A stretch of 62,768 bases of DNA, counting the filler, from Asterionella formosa (lineage: Eukaryota), in assembly GCA_002256025.1 (NCBI GenBank). It is 17 parts of 17 records of this genome, joined end to end, with 100 filler letters (N's around TTAATTAATTAA, not from the genome) between each part and the next. Parts side by side here need not be neighbours in the genome. Positions count along the whole stretch, not along the records: positions 48,999 to 50,286 come from NKIB01003204.1; positions 50,387 to 51,674 come from NKIB01003205.1; positions 51,775 to 53,062 come from NKIB01003206.1; positions 53,163 to 54,450 come from NKIB01003207.1; positions 54,551 to 55,837 come from NKIB01003208.1; positions 55,938 to 57,224 come from NKIB01003210.1; positions 57,325 to 58,610 come from NKIB01003211.1; positions 58,711 to 59,996 come from NKIB01003212.1; 9 more parts are not named here. One strand, given 5' to 3'. The translations under genes and the position numbers were made by a program. This document shows, piece by piece, positions 48,899-60,217 of the stretch (positions are counted from its first letter, which is position 1; every line of letters begins with the position of its first letter). The notes below the pieces were generated by a model that ran no database searches, had not been told where the DNA came from, and saw only the letters and a program-made list of their open reading frames with translations.

Positions 48899-50386
48899 NN
48901 NNNNNNNNNNNNNNNNNNNNNNNNNNNNNNNNNNNNNNNNNNTTAATTAATTAANNNNNNNNNNNNNNNNNNNNNNNNNNNNNNNNNNNNNNNNNNNNTG
49001 TGAAATGCACATGTTGTCAATCACTAGCCTGCTGCTGTCGCTATTTTAGATCTCTGATACATGCAAGTGAAAAAGTATTTTAAATCTTGAGAATGGGGTA
49101 GCTTTGGTGTGAATTAAGTAGCTGTCGCTTGATGCCTTCCAAAAGAAATGATACACACTCAACACAAAATGATAAGAACCAGAGCTGGTAATATAAGATG
49201 TATCAGTATCATGATAGTATTGTCATGGTTGGGGAAAATAGCAGATGCTTACATGTACTAGTACCAGGTAGATGAGACTCATTCCTGGTACTCTGGGAAA
49301 AAGGTGCCATAAAAACGGTTTACACTGCCAACTGCAAGGAAAAGTGACCAAGATGATTCAGATACATCCATGACTTATTGAGAAAGCCCAGGGGTGGCTG
49401 GCTGGTGTTGACTGCTTGATAGGTTTTTCCTTGTTTAGCTGTAAGCAAATGATTTTGCACTTCAAACTTTCTTGTTAGCACCATTGGAGCCTGCAAGCCC
49501 CAAAGGTAATGGTTCAACATGCATCATCAATTGGAGTGGACACTGGATAACTAGAACTAGTTATTCTTCATAGCAGTGGTCCTCCATTGGCCAATTTATT
49601 ATCTCATCATTTTCATCATGATCCGGATTTTCTAGATATGAGACAAAGTACTTAGTACATGAGGTTGTCCTGGTCACCTTCATTCCCACCTTCATTGTCA
49701 ATGCCACAGCCAAGTCACATCATCATCAGCCAGTTTGCTGGCACCATTTCTGGTGGTTGATGTAAAAGTGTATTTATAATAGTAATGGAAGCTCAAAATG
49801 ATTAAATCCAGTTTCAGCTGCCAATTTTTACAGTCAGGCATATGTTTCTGCATTGGAAGCAAGAATATATGTAGGATTTCTGGCTGAGAATAAGTTGTAG
49901 ATTGTTGTCCTCAATAGAAGAATGAAATCACTTGCTTTTTTGTCATCATGCTGGTGTGAAAGTCATTGTGATCATAGTTTTGGACAGTATCAGGTCCATA
50001 AAAGAGTATCCCAAATTTTGGAGGTTTGTAACAGAAATGGCATATTTTTGTCCAAGTTGCTTTACACAAATATTCATACTGGCATCATAAATCATGACCA
50101 TCACTCCTTTGTAGGATGAATGAATAAATCCAGTATCATGTACATCATTTCGTGTAGGGCTTATAGATTTACTTGACAAACCATCAAAGCCACGACCGTT
50201 TATAGTGAGCTCTTAGTGAGTAAAATAACTACCAGGTACTCCGGAGTAGTACCAGGTACCGGTGTATTAAGTACAGCAGGACTTCGNNNNNNNNNNNNNN
50301 NNNNNNNNNNNNNNNNNNNNNNNNNNNNNNTTAATTAATTAANNNNNNNNNNNNNNNNNNNNNNNNNNNNNNNNNNNNNNNNNNNN

Positions 50387-51382
50387 ATTGCTGGATGTCT
50401 CTTTCAGAAATGCCAACTCCCTTTGCTGAAATGTGTTGCCAATCCAAAGTGTTTGCTCAATGTCATTTGCATCAATACTTGCGCCTCCAAGGGGGATCAA
50501 GAAACGGCATGTCAAATTGAATGTGGCAACTTGTTTGAAAATGACGTGGTGGGGGAATTTAACAAGTGCGCTGTCAGTGACATGGATTGTGTCCCACAAA
50601 AGCAAGATGACAACAGTTACCCCATACCCGCAAATGACAAGTTGGTACAAGCCTTTCCAACCGATTTGTTCAATGGACAATGGTACATTTCGGCAGGACA
50701 GAATCCTCTTTTTGATATCTTTGATTGTCAAGTGCACTTTTTTACAAGTACAGCGCCTGGGACATTCTTTGGAAAGTTGAATTGGAGAATCGACGAACCA
50801 GATGGGGAATTCTTCACGAGAGATGCACTGCAACGATTTGTTCAAGACCCCAAGCAACCAGGACATTTGATCAATCATGACAATGAATACTTACATTATA
50901 AAGACGATTGGTACATTTTGGATTATGCTGTGGACAATAACAAGGATGGCGTTCCACCCTTTTGCTTTGTGTACTACCGTGGATCAAACGATGCATGGGA
51001 TGGATATGGCGGAGCCTTTGTGTATACCAGAGATGCTAAATTACCCCCCGCACTCCTCCCAAGACTTCGAGAAGCGGCTAACAAGGTGAATTTCGATTTT
51101 GACAAGGATTTTACACTCACTGACAACTCGTGTCCTGTTCAAAGTGATCAACTTTTGTTGAGAGAGAAATTTGCAGGCAAGGTGGTGCTCCAGACAGAGC
51201 AGCAAGTCCAAGCGGCTGCTACCAAGTTGCGAGGCAATGCATTCAATGGAGTCAAGGCACGAAAAATATTTGTGGATCAAGAAGGGGGACAAGCACAACA
51301 GGCATTTAAGGAGCTGTCGGGTAAGGCAGGCCAGTTTGAAAGAGATCAAGCTGGAGTGATTCAAAACAGAGAGTCGAAGTAA
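50387..51382 (+). CDS. VDE: Violaxanthin/diadinoxanthin de-epoxidase (5' truncated)
   Basis: Cys-rich domain (C..NPKC..N..C..TC...ETACQIECGNLFEN), lipocalin domain (GQWYISAGQNPLFDIFDCQVH, EYLHYKDDWYI, YYRGSNDAWDGYGGA) and TDNSC. Confidence 0.95.
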   Translation: MAGCLFQKCQLPLLKCVANPKCLLNVICINTCASKGDQETACQIECGNLFENDVVGEFNKCAVSDMDCVPQKQDDNSYPIPANDKLVQAFPTDLFNGQWYISAGQNPLFDIFDCQVHFFTSTAPGTFFGKLNWRIDEPDGEFFTRDALQRFVQDPKQPGHLINHDNEYLHYKDDWYILDYAVDNNKDGVPPFCFVYYRGSNDAWDGYGGAFVYTRDAKLPPALLPRLREAANKVNFDFDKDFTLTDNSCPVQSDQLLLREKFAGKVVLQTEQQVQAAATKLRGNAFNGVKARKIFVDQEGGQAQQAFKELSGKAGQFERDQAGVIQNRESK

Positions 51383-51774
51383 TGCAGAAGTTGCCTGAAT
51401 TGGCTGGGTTGATGGAGATTATGACTGATGCAGTTTATAAGGACTATAGCTATTGATAATAAAACAACTCAATTTGGTCAATAAGTTACAGTGGTGCAGA
51501 GACAAGCAAGTCCTGCAGCTCAATTCATTTGATTGCCTCATGTCGATTTATTCCTAGGCCAGTGTTGCAGGGGATTATTTGTGACTGCAGTAGTCGAAAA
51601 ACTTACTTCTGATCACTGCATGCTGTTTCCTTTTGTGGTTGGGTAACACACTACTAGTAGTACTCTATGAACAANNNNNNNNNNNNNNNNNNNNNNNNNN
51701 NNNNNNNNNNNNNNNNNNTTAATTAATTAANNNNNNNNNNNNNNNNNNNNNNNNNNNNNNNNNNNNNNNNNNNN

Positions 51775-52000
51775 GACATGCCAATGGGTACAAATTGCTG
51801 TTTTTTCATTCATAAGCATGAAATTCCCTCACACAAACGCGCCACTTACATCCGCATTGTGTGTGCCAATCGCCCTGAAAAAACCATTCCCCAACGCGTT
51901 CATTGGACTGCTGGGGGTGATCGTGTCATTTACACTGGCAATGTCAGCACCAAGACTGCTGATCTCACTACTGCAAAATGTTTGTTCAACAGCACCATCA
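51775..52000 (+). mobile_element. CoDi-type (diatom) copia reverse transcriptase fragment
   Basis: GTNCCFFIHKHEIP..KRATYIRIVCANRPEK...RVHWTAGGDRVIYTGNVSTKTADLTTAKCLFNSTIST. Confidence 0.88.
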
Positions 52001-52283
52001 GTACTCGTATACCGGTATCAGTATGGAGTAGGAATACCGAGTACCGGGTAGACCTACCGGTACCAGGTAGCTGCTCAGCATTGGTCATAGTACGAGGTAG
52101 TGCACGCTTACCAGTACGTTACTACCGTTATTATGCACATTCAAATATTTTTCGGAGCCGCCGGGTCGTGAATGTGAAACATATATGTTGATACGAGTAG
52201 ATGCTACAATCGGTAGAAAAGCTATATAAAACATTCAGTGAGGATGCAGAATCTATTTACACATATTTAATGCATTTGAGATG

Positions 52284-52444
52284 GAATCCATGCACGTACG
52301 CGCAAATTTCCATTCATTTGAATATTTCAAAACGGAATCATTGATATTTAAATTAGCACATACAAGTTCTTAGTAACAGGGAATTTCGGCAACCCTAAGC
52401 AATATTTTAATTTTTGCCTAGGGGTTCAAATGTAGGAACCTTAA
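52284..52444. mobile_element. End of the TTAA-flanked DNA transposon/MITE, copy 2
   Basis: Homologous to 44849-45006 and ends AACC|TTAA at 52437-52444. Confidence 0.7.
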
Positions 52445-53162
52445 AAGGATATCGGAGTGGCGCAAAAATTTGGGGTTCGACAATTTTTGGGGTATACCCC
52501 TTCCTTTTTCTTGTACGTGAATCGATGAACAGAAAACAAGCAACCTGCATGATATGTGCGCTGATTACCGGACCTTCCAGGCAAATCAAAGCATGTAAAA
52601 TTCGGAGGAGGTCTCCAAGTCAAAGAGAAACGGTACCACTTAAAAACTGTAAGCCACCGCTATTTTACTCTATCTTTCGACTAAAAATATTTATGTAATT
52701 CAACAATCAAAACTTGACGCAAGTACAAAGCTTATGTTAGACAATGCTCTCTGCTATACTATGAAGGAATCAGTTTTGATTCAGGGTACTATCTAGCCAT
52801 GAAGAAATAATTGTTCCAAAGTCACTAAGATTATTGCATAGCGGTGGCTTACATTGCACATTTTTCTATCTTTACATGTATATATTTTCCCCCCAAACCG
52901 TGTTTATTTTTACTCCGTTTAATACTACAAAAATAATTTTCTCATTACTTTACGTTTTACACTTTTGCAGGGCAGCATCATTGTCGGAGAATTCTTCTGA
53001 TGCATTACATAAATCTCGAGCTTCTTTGCATCCAATTACTTGCTTGCGGAGTCTCAAACTTCNNNNNNNNNNNNNNNNNNNNNNNNNNNNNNNNNNNNNN
53101 NNNNNNTTAATTAATTAANNNNNNNNNNNNNNNNNNNNNNNNNNNNNNNNNNNNNNNNNNNN

Positions 53163-54450
53163 TTTCATCGATTCAGTTTCTGACTCAATTATATTGTCGT
53201 CACTAGCAAAAGATTCAATATTGTCATCGTGGTTGCTATCCTGAAAAGACGTTTCTTGATGAGATATTTCTCCGGGAATTAATCGTCGGGAATTCTGTAT
53301 TATCTTTAGCTTTTGAATCACTGCTTGTTGATTAGCGTCTATAACGATTTCTGATGCAGGTGAAGCTGGTAGTGTAGCAGAAGTTTCGTCGGATTCACCA
53401 AAATCGAATAAATGGATAGAGTTCTTGTCAGCTAGTGACTCTTGTTCACGCTTCTTCCGTCTACACTGTTTCATCGATTCAGTTTCTGCCTCACTAGAAT
53501 TGTAGTCACCGATACATTCAATATCATAATCGTGGTTGCTTTCTTGGGTATGATATCCTTGATGAGATGCTTCTCCCGGAATTAATCGTCTGGATTTCCG
53601 CATCATCTTTAGCTTCTGAATCGCTGCTTGTTGTTCAGAGTCCATTACGATTTCTTATGGAGGTTCAGCCAGAAGTGTTTCAGATGTTTCGTCGGATTCA
53701 CCAAAAATGAATGAATGGATCGAGTTCTGGTCAGCTAGTGCCTCTTGTTCACGCTTCTTCCGTCTCCATTCTTTCATCGACTCAGTTTCTGACTCACTTA
53801 TGTGGTCGTCACTAGCGATAGATTCAATATCATAATCGTGGTTGCTTTCTTGAGTATGCGATTCTTGATGAGATACTTCACCCGGAATTACTCGTCTGGA
53901 TTTCCGCATCATCTTTAGCTTCTGAATCGCTGCTTGTTGTTCAGTGTCCATTACGATTTCTGATGGAGGTTCAGCCAGAAGTGTTGCAGGTGTGTCGTCG
54001 GACTCACCAAAAATGAATGAATGGATAGAGTTTTGGTCAGCAAGTGCGTCTTCTTCACGCTTCTTCCGTCTCCACTGTTTCATCGATTCAGTTTCTGACT
54101 CGCTGATGTGGTCGTCACTAGCGAAAGATTCAATATCATAATCGTGGTTACTTTCTTGAGTATGCGATTCTTGATGAGATTCTTCTCCCGGAATTACTCG
54201 TCTTGATTTCTGCATTATATTTAGCTTCTGAATCGCTGCTTGTTGTTCAGTGTCCATTACGATTTCTTATGGAGGTGCAGCCTGTAGTGTTTCAGTTGTT
54301 TCGTCGGATTCACCAAAAATGAATGAATGGATAGAGTTTTGGTCAGCTAGTGCGTCTTCTTCACGCTTCTTCCGTCTCCACTGTTTCATCGATTCAGTTT
54401 CTGACTCGCTGATGTGGTCGTCACTAGCGATAGATTCAATATCATAATCG
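53163..54450 (-). repeat. Coding tandem array of about 4.2 x 306-bp (102-aa) units, acidic/Ser-rich with an RRKKRE motif
   Basis: The unit MDTEQQAAIQKL...RRVIPGE..SHQES...SESETESMKQWRRKKRE...FGESDET...PP(S/*)EIV fills the whole contig. Confidence 0.93.
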
Positions 54451-54550
54451 NNNNNNNNNNNNNNNNNNNNNNNNNNNNNNNNNNNNNNNNNNNNTTAATT
54501 AATTAANNNNNNNNNNNNNNNNNNNNNNNNNNNNNNNNNNNNNNNNNNNN

Positions 54551-54684
54551 GTTGGATCAGCAGTAGACAACTCAACAATATCTTCGACGTCCTCATCAGC
54601 TACAACGCATTGCTTCTCTTCCGAATCAATGCGAATAGAGGCAGCATCAGAAGTTTCAGCCGTACCCACTACTTTGCTGCTCAT
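54551..54684 (-). CDS. N-terminus of an unknown acidic protein (cut by the contig edge)
   Basis: MSSKVVGTAETSDAASIRIDSEEK... is open to the contig edge. Confidence 0.4.
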
Positions 54685-54869
54685 TGCGCCAATTAATCGA
54701 GATATAGTCGATGTCGGAAGATTGGTATAGAGATGAGCGGACTACTGATTCTTGTATGACTCACGAAGCTGAAAGGTAATGTATACAGAGTACCGTAGTA
54801 TATATATAACAAAAAATAGTTGGCGCAATATTTAATAGTGTTGTGCTTGCGTATTTACAGTTATTTTAT

Positions 54870-55135
54870 CAGTGGCAACGGACGTGATACACAGTGATCA
54901 ACGGCTTGATCAGTGATACAGCATTGGTCAGGGGTCCAAAAACTGTATCAGTGATACACCCATGATACACCGGTGATCAGACCAAAAAAACCGTTGGTGA
55001 TACACAAAAAAAAACCAAACCGCCATTTTTGTATCATATTTCGGCGATGATACACCAATGACAACAAATAACAGAATGATAAGAACGGCCCTTAATCGTA
55101 CATGAATGGGAAGCTACACATATACCGGTGATACG
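54870..55135 (+). mobile_element. hAT-like transposon end with subterminal (G)TGATACAC repeats
   Basis: Starts CAGTGGCAACGG and is followed by at least 7 TGATAC/GTATCA copies in both orientations within about 260 bp. Confidence 0.5.
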
Positions 55136-55219
55136 GCATTTATTCATACTCAATTCTATCAATCAGTACAACGGATACACATGTATCGATGAACAAAGTA
55201 TCTGGCTGTCGTTTGTTTA

Positions 55220-55580
55220 GCTGTACCTGGTATCTGGTACCTGGTACTGGTACCAGGGACTCGAAGTATCTGATAGTACCAGGTACCGATTACCACCTGC
55301 CTCGTAACTAAGAGGTACGAGGGTACTCCAGACCTCCAGGAAACTTGGGCAGCACTCGCCCTCCTCCGGTTCATGCTTGTTTAATCGTGGATTCACACGC
55401 CTCGTAACGGTTACCTTTTTCTTAAATGTCATGAAGGTTCACCGGTACCAGGTACCCCGGTCCCTAAACTATTCTCCTATGACATACCAATGAAGCTTTA
55501 TTGGTTCGTGTCGCTTTAATTCTTCGAAGAAAGTGTTTGTTCTTGTATGAGTTGCAGGGTACCTGGTACCTGGTGGTAAG
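55220..55580. repeat. GGTACC/ACCWGGT motif cluster
   Basis: gtacctggtatctggtacctggtactggtaccaggg, accggtaccaggtaccccgg and gggtacctggtacctgg. Confidence 0.85.
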
Positions 55581-55937
55581 TATGTAAGTATGTGAGCAGG
55601 TGACCAAGGAGAAAAATAACAAACTATCTACACCAAATTTTTGTTCGCAATCCATATTCCTTCATCGCACAGTTAGTGACACACTTTTGTTGCGTCTGTT
55701 TCATCGTTAAAATAAACAAATCAGTGTTTCGTCAGGAATTCAATTCGAATCACCCCATCACGTCAACAAACCATCGATTTTTAGCAGCTTTAGTCTCGAA
55801 GCGTCAATTCAGTCGATGGGGTAAGTTCATCACCATTNNNNNNNNNNNNNNNNNNNNNNNNNNNNNNNNNNNNNNNNNNNNTTAATTAATTAANNNNNNN
55901 NNNNNNNNNNNNNNNNNNNNNNNNNNNNNNNNNNNNN

Positions 55938-56420
55938 TTTAGCTTAACACGGCTGTAGTTGTGGATGCCCACCACCACTGCAACCTTTCAACATTTGGTT
56001 GACAAGAATGTGAGTAACAATCTTATCCAAAACATATGTCTCATAGATTTAATACAGGGCTAGATGTGCCATCTACCCACTCAAAGTAGCTAGAGTCGCC
56101 ACTGCATCCCAGACAACCTTGGGCCTGCTGATAGTAGATGCATATTTCCTCATCCTCCCTGCCCTGCTGCTTGTAAATAGTAGCCTTTTTGGTTTTTTGT
56201 TTGGTGATTCCAATTTCCCATTCTTACCAAAGAACAAATATAGTTTTGGTGCCTTGGAAGGTTACTTCCGTTATCAGGATCCACATCCATGTTTGCTTGT
56301 TTGTCCGCAATACCTGCTTGATTGTTGGTTTGTTGGTTCCTAGAGCAAGCTGTGTGACATGGACCTATGGTACATTGCTTGGCTGGGTAGCATACACATA
56401 AGGCTATTTAAATAGTTACA
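55938..56420 (-). pseudogene. Possible highly decayed CoDi copia gag remnant
   Basis: The minus strand gives VATLATLSG..HLAL, resembling the gag (S/T)TLGGG.HGHL.L motif. There are many stops. Confidence 0.3.
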
Positions 56421-57659
56421 ACAAACATAGCAAATGTTGACTATTCCAAAAGCTCTACTAAAGTAGAACTTTAGCTAGCTCAAGAATGGATCTGACCTAT
56501 AGGGATAGCTAGTGTGGCTAGTAGTATGTAAACCAACCCCAGATATATGATTCATCAGCTATAGACATGTTCTACAAACATTTAGCCTACTAGTAAAAGG
56601 CATAACCACACATTTCAGAACACTTATTACAATGTTTGATTTCGAAGTAGGATATCATACAGTGATTTCCTTATGGTTAAACGGTCACCTCTACAAAGAA
56701 AGTAGAACTTATACTCTAGTAACCAGGAACTCATGAGTAACATATACTTAGTCAGTCTCAAAGTCAGCATTGAACTTGAAATAAATAAACTAAGAATGGT
56801 TTATAATCCCCCATGTCTTGCACATCATGGGTACTCTGGATAGGTGACTAGAAAGGTTCACAATGACATGCAGGGCTCACATCATCATTTTTTCAAGCCC
56901 AGCTCAACCAGGCGATCAAAAATAGATTTAAGTTTTTTTTAGCTCCCTCGTTTTAATTGTTCAACTCTGTTTGTTACCTCTGAACTTGTTTAGGATTGAT
57001 CGCTTTGATAGCATATGGCTGACATTTCCATTTTGGGTTGCTGTTAGCATTTGTTGCAGCAAAAGCAACTTTGTCAGGAACACTGCCCAGCGCTGACCAC
57101 CACAATATGTGCGACCCTCATTCAAACAATATCATCTCAGGAGCATTCATTTCAACTTGTATGTGTTAATGTTTACTTAGAGATCCTGTTTTGACAATTT
57201 ACCATTGTTCAATTGTCAAAACTCNNNNNNNNNNNNNNNNNNNNNNNNNNNNNNNNNNNNNNNNNNNNTTAATTAATTAANNNNNNNNNNNNNNNNNNNN
57301 NNNNNNNNNNNNNNNNNNNNNNNNTCGTGTACACCACATGTTAATTGCTTTGTTGTAGTTGCAGGATTAGAAGGATCCGATATCGAAATTGATAAAGTTA
57401 CAATCGCATCATGGCATCCATTGGCTTTGTTTGCCATGTGTTTTTTGGTCTTGGAGCAAAACACATACACTAACATTCGTTTATTTTTTACCGGTGCGTA
57501 CTGCCTATTACATAGGTAATTATTTACAAAGAAGCAACGAGCGCGTAGCAGAGAGTGAAATGAACAGGTGGATGACGATCTATTGCCTTTTTTTTCTTCT
57601 GTTGCCGCTTGATGGCTAGTGTCTGATGAGGACAAAGCATCAGCACTATGTAGCATCAC

Positions 57660-57845
57660 ACTGGTACCTGGTACTAACAATCCTGCTCCTTGTCGTCCTA
57701 AAGGTATAGTTAGTACAGTACGTCAGCACCACTACTATACCAACTATGGTACCTGTACCAGGTACTCCTGGTACGCACTACAGCGATGCTGGTATGCAAC
57801 ATCATAATCCATCACCGGTACCTGGTACTGGTACCAGGTACTACT
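57660..57845. repeat. GGTACC/ACCWGGT motif cluster
   Basis: ggtacctgtaccaggtactcctggtac and accggtacctggtactggtaccaggtac. Confidence 0.85.
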
Positions 57846-58710
57846 ACTACATGGACTATTTGCATGAACGAAAAACGTCAGCCAACGTACGTACGTCGAC
57901 CATTCGTCGCAGATGGCAGAAACCACGCAGCCATCATCATTCTTCGCCACCATGCTGCATCCTCATGATGATGCTGGAGGGGTAAACAGCCAAAGGCAGC
58001 CTGCGTACCTGGTAGGAGCATAGGTCGTTGATTTTCTACTGCAGGTAACCTTCGAGCCATTTTTTGGCATACAGCAGTATGCCAGTTATACTTTAATACT
58101 AATGTCAGGCAGTATGATACTATTCTTGGGGAGTCCCACCAGTTATTATTACAGTTATAGTTACTTTATTCCAATCCAACAGTAGCAGTGGTGGGAACCT
58201 ATCATTTCAAATTTGTGTGATTATGCTGCAACATGAAATGATGACCATTCTAAGGGGGGCATGTTGCTTAAAAGAGTGATTAGAGTATATTTATAGTAGA
58301 CTTTGTAAAGATAGAGAGTAGAGCGAGAACACGAGACAGGCGTTCACAGACAAACAGACAGAATCTACGTCATGATAGGACAGTGATTCATAACACAAAG
58401 GTTGCATGTGAATGTAGCAAATTTAAAATTGGCAACTATGTTTGAAGAAGTGTTTGGGATTTTCGATTTTCACTTATGGCTAACTCGAGCAAAATGCAGA
58501 TGCGCACAGCAGGAGGACCCATTTTTCTTCGAACCATTTATTCTCAACATATGTAAAAAGTACAATATAACAGTAGAACAACGGCAACTTGCGTTCAAAT
58601 AAGGAATGCGNNNNNNNNNNNNNNNNNNNNNNNNNNNNNNNNNNNNNNNNNNNNTTAATTAATTAANNNNNNNNNNNNNNNNNNNNNNNNNNNNNNNNNN
58701 NNNNNNNNNN

Positions 58711-59168
58711 GCTAATCCCTGACTAATGACACGGGCAACATCAAAGGGACTTGTTTTCCACGCCTGGAACTTGCTTCCTTCTTTGTCCGTGTCTAGGACC
58801 TTGCCATCTGGCATGGTCACTGTAATGTCCACCAAGGTCTTGTCCTTGAGCTCCGCCTCACGCCTAGCCTTGATCTCGTCATAAACTGTCCCTCGTGCCT
58901 TGAGCCACTCTGGGTTAGCTGTGCGGGAGATAAAGGAGTCACCGCCGAGCTGAATACCACCTTCCATTTTGGGACCAGTCGCTGCTTTCGCCCGACGTCC
59001 CTGAAGGCCTTCTTTGTTGTTGGTGGCGGTGGTAGGAGTGTCAGAGTCAGTCTCGACGGTCCAGTCCGGCTGCGTGACACCAGGTGCATCCAGGACGGCA
59101 AACTTGCCAGTCTTGTTGAGACTGAGTCCACCATCCTTGTCAGGCGACTTCTTTTCCTTCTTCGCCAT
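58711..59168 (-). CDS. TARS: Cytosolic threonyl-tRNA synthetase, N-terminal extension and start of the TGS domain (3' truncated)
   Basis: PEWLKARGTVYDEI...ITVTMPDGK...AWKTSPFDVARVISQGL is typical of the eukaryotic ThrRS N-terminus/TGS region. Confidence 0.88.
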
Positions 59169-60096
59169 AATGATTGCTGTGTTTGGTTGCTGGAACTGAT
59201 GAGTTGCTGTAGCTCTCACTTATTTCTAAACTGAAAGGGAGATCTGGCTTTCGATCGTTACCTTCGTTTCGTTTGCTATCACAAAGGAACGAGCGATAGT
59301 GATCAATGACAAGGGCTATTGATTTGTACGTCAGGAAGCAACGTCAAGGTAAATCAGTGAATACTATAGTGACAATGACGAGGTGCAATCAACAACAGCC
59401 GACCGAGTCTTTGACTTCTGATTTTATTACGGTAGTAGTAAATAGTATGATGCACAAGCTGTAACAAAGCAAAGCACGCACAGCCAGCGACATCGATGAT
59501 CACATACTACATGTCTTTCTTCATGCTGGCTGTGGACGGCCTTGCTGAGGATCATACATTTGTTTGTTGGGGTTGCTTCTTACCTGCAGCCATCACTCCT
59601 GTCCTATGTACAACCACTGTAAGAATCCTACGTTTTACAGACTGGACAGAGTACCCAACACGACAGCCAACCAACATGCTGAACCTTCACCAGCGGCCAA
59701 CTACCGCCACAAAAACATCTACCGCTACATACTAAATCATAGTAAGTACAGCACGTAGCTAGGTACCGGTATTTCAATCCGAACGATTACCGTGTATGAT
59801 ACCGCACTGCCATTTCAATGCATTTGCCATGAGCGATGGTAAACGTTTGTCCACATGTGCGTTGTCGTTAGTATCACATGTGCGTTGTCGTTAGTATCAA
59901 CAATACCAGCCAATAGAGCTCTCGAAGGCAACGGTTCACTTTCACGTCGGAGGAATTTTGGGTGCGAAAACCGGATCTCGCTCTGTACTAGATAATNNNN
60001 NNNNNNNNNNNNNNNNNNNNNNNNNNNNNNNNNNNNNNNNTTAATTAATTAANNNNNNNNNNNNNNNNNNNNNNNNNNNNNNNNNNNNNNNNNNNN

Positions 60097-60217
60097 TTGT
60101 TTCGTTGTGGGTCCAAGATACGAGAGGGTTTGTAGAATACTGTCGGACAATGAGACGAGGAGGAAGTGCTTGTTTGGCTCGTCCCAGGCGGCTTACGACG
60201 GCGAGTCCGCTAATCAT
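60097..60217 (-). CDS. N-terminus of a probable mitochondrial protein (cut by the contig edge)
   Basis: MISGLAVVSRLGRAKQALPPRLIVRQYSTNPLVSWTHNET has an Arg-rich presequence free of acidic residues and an R-x-Y/S cleavage-like site. Confidence 0.5.

Noticed and set aside
48999..50200. Possible decayed gene or TE on contig 8
   Set aside because: It looks degenerate, but I could not recognise any diagnostic motif.
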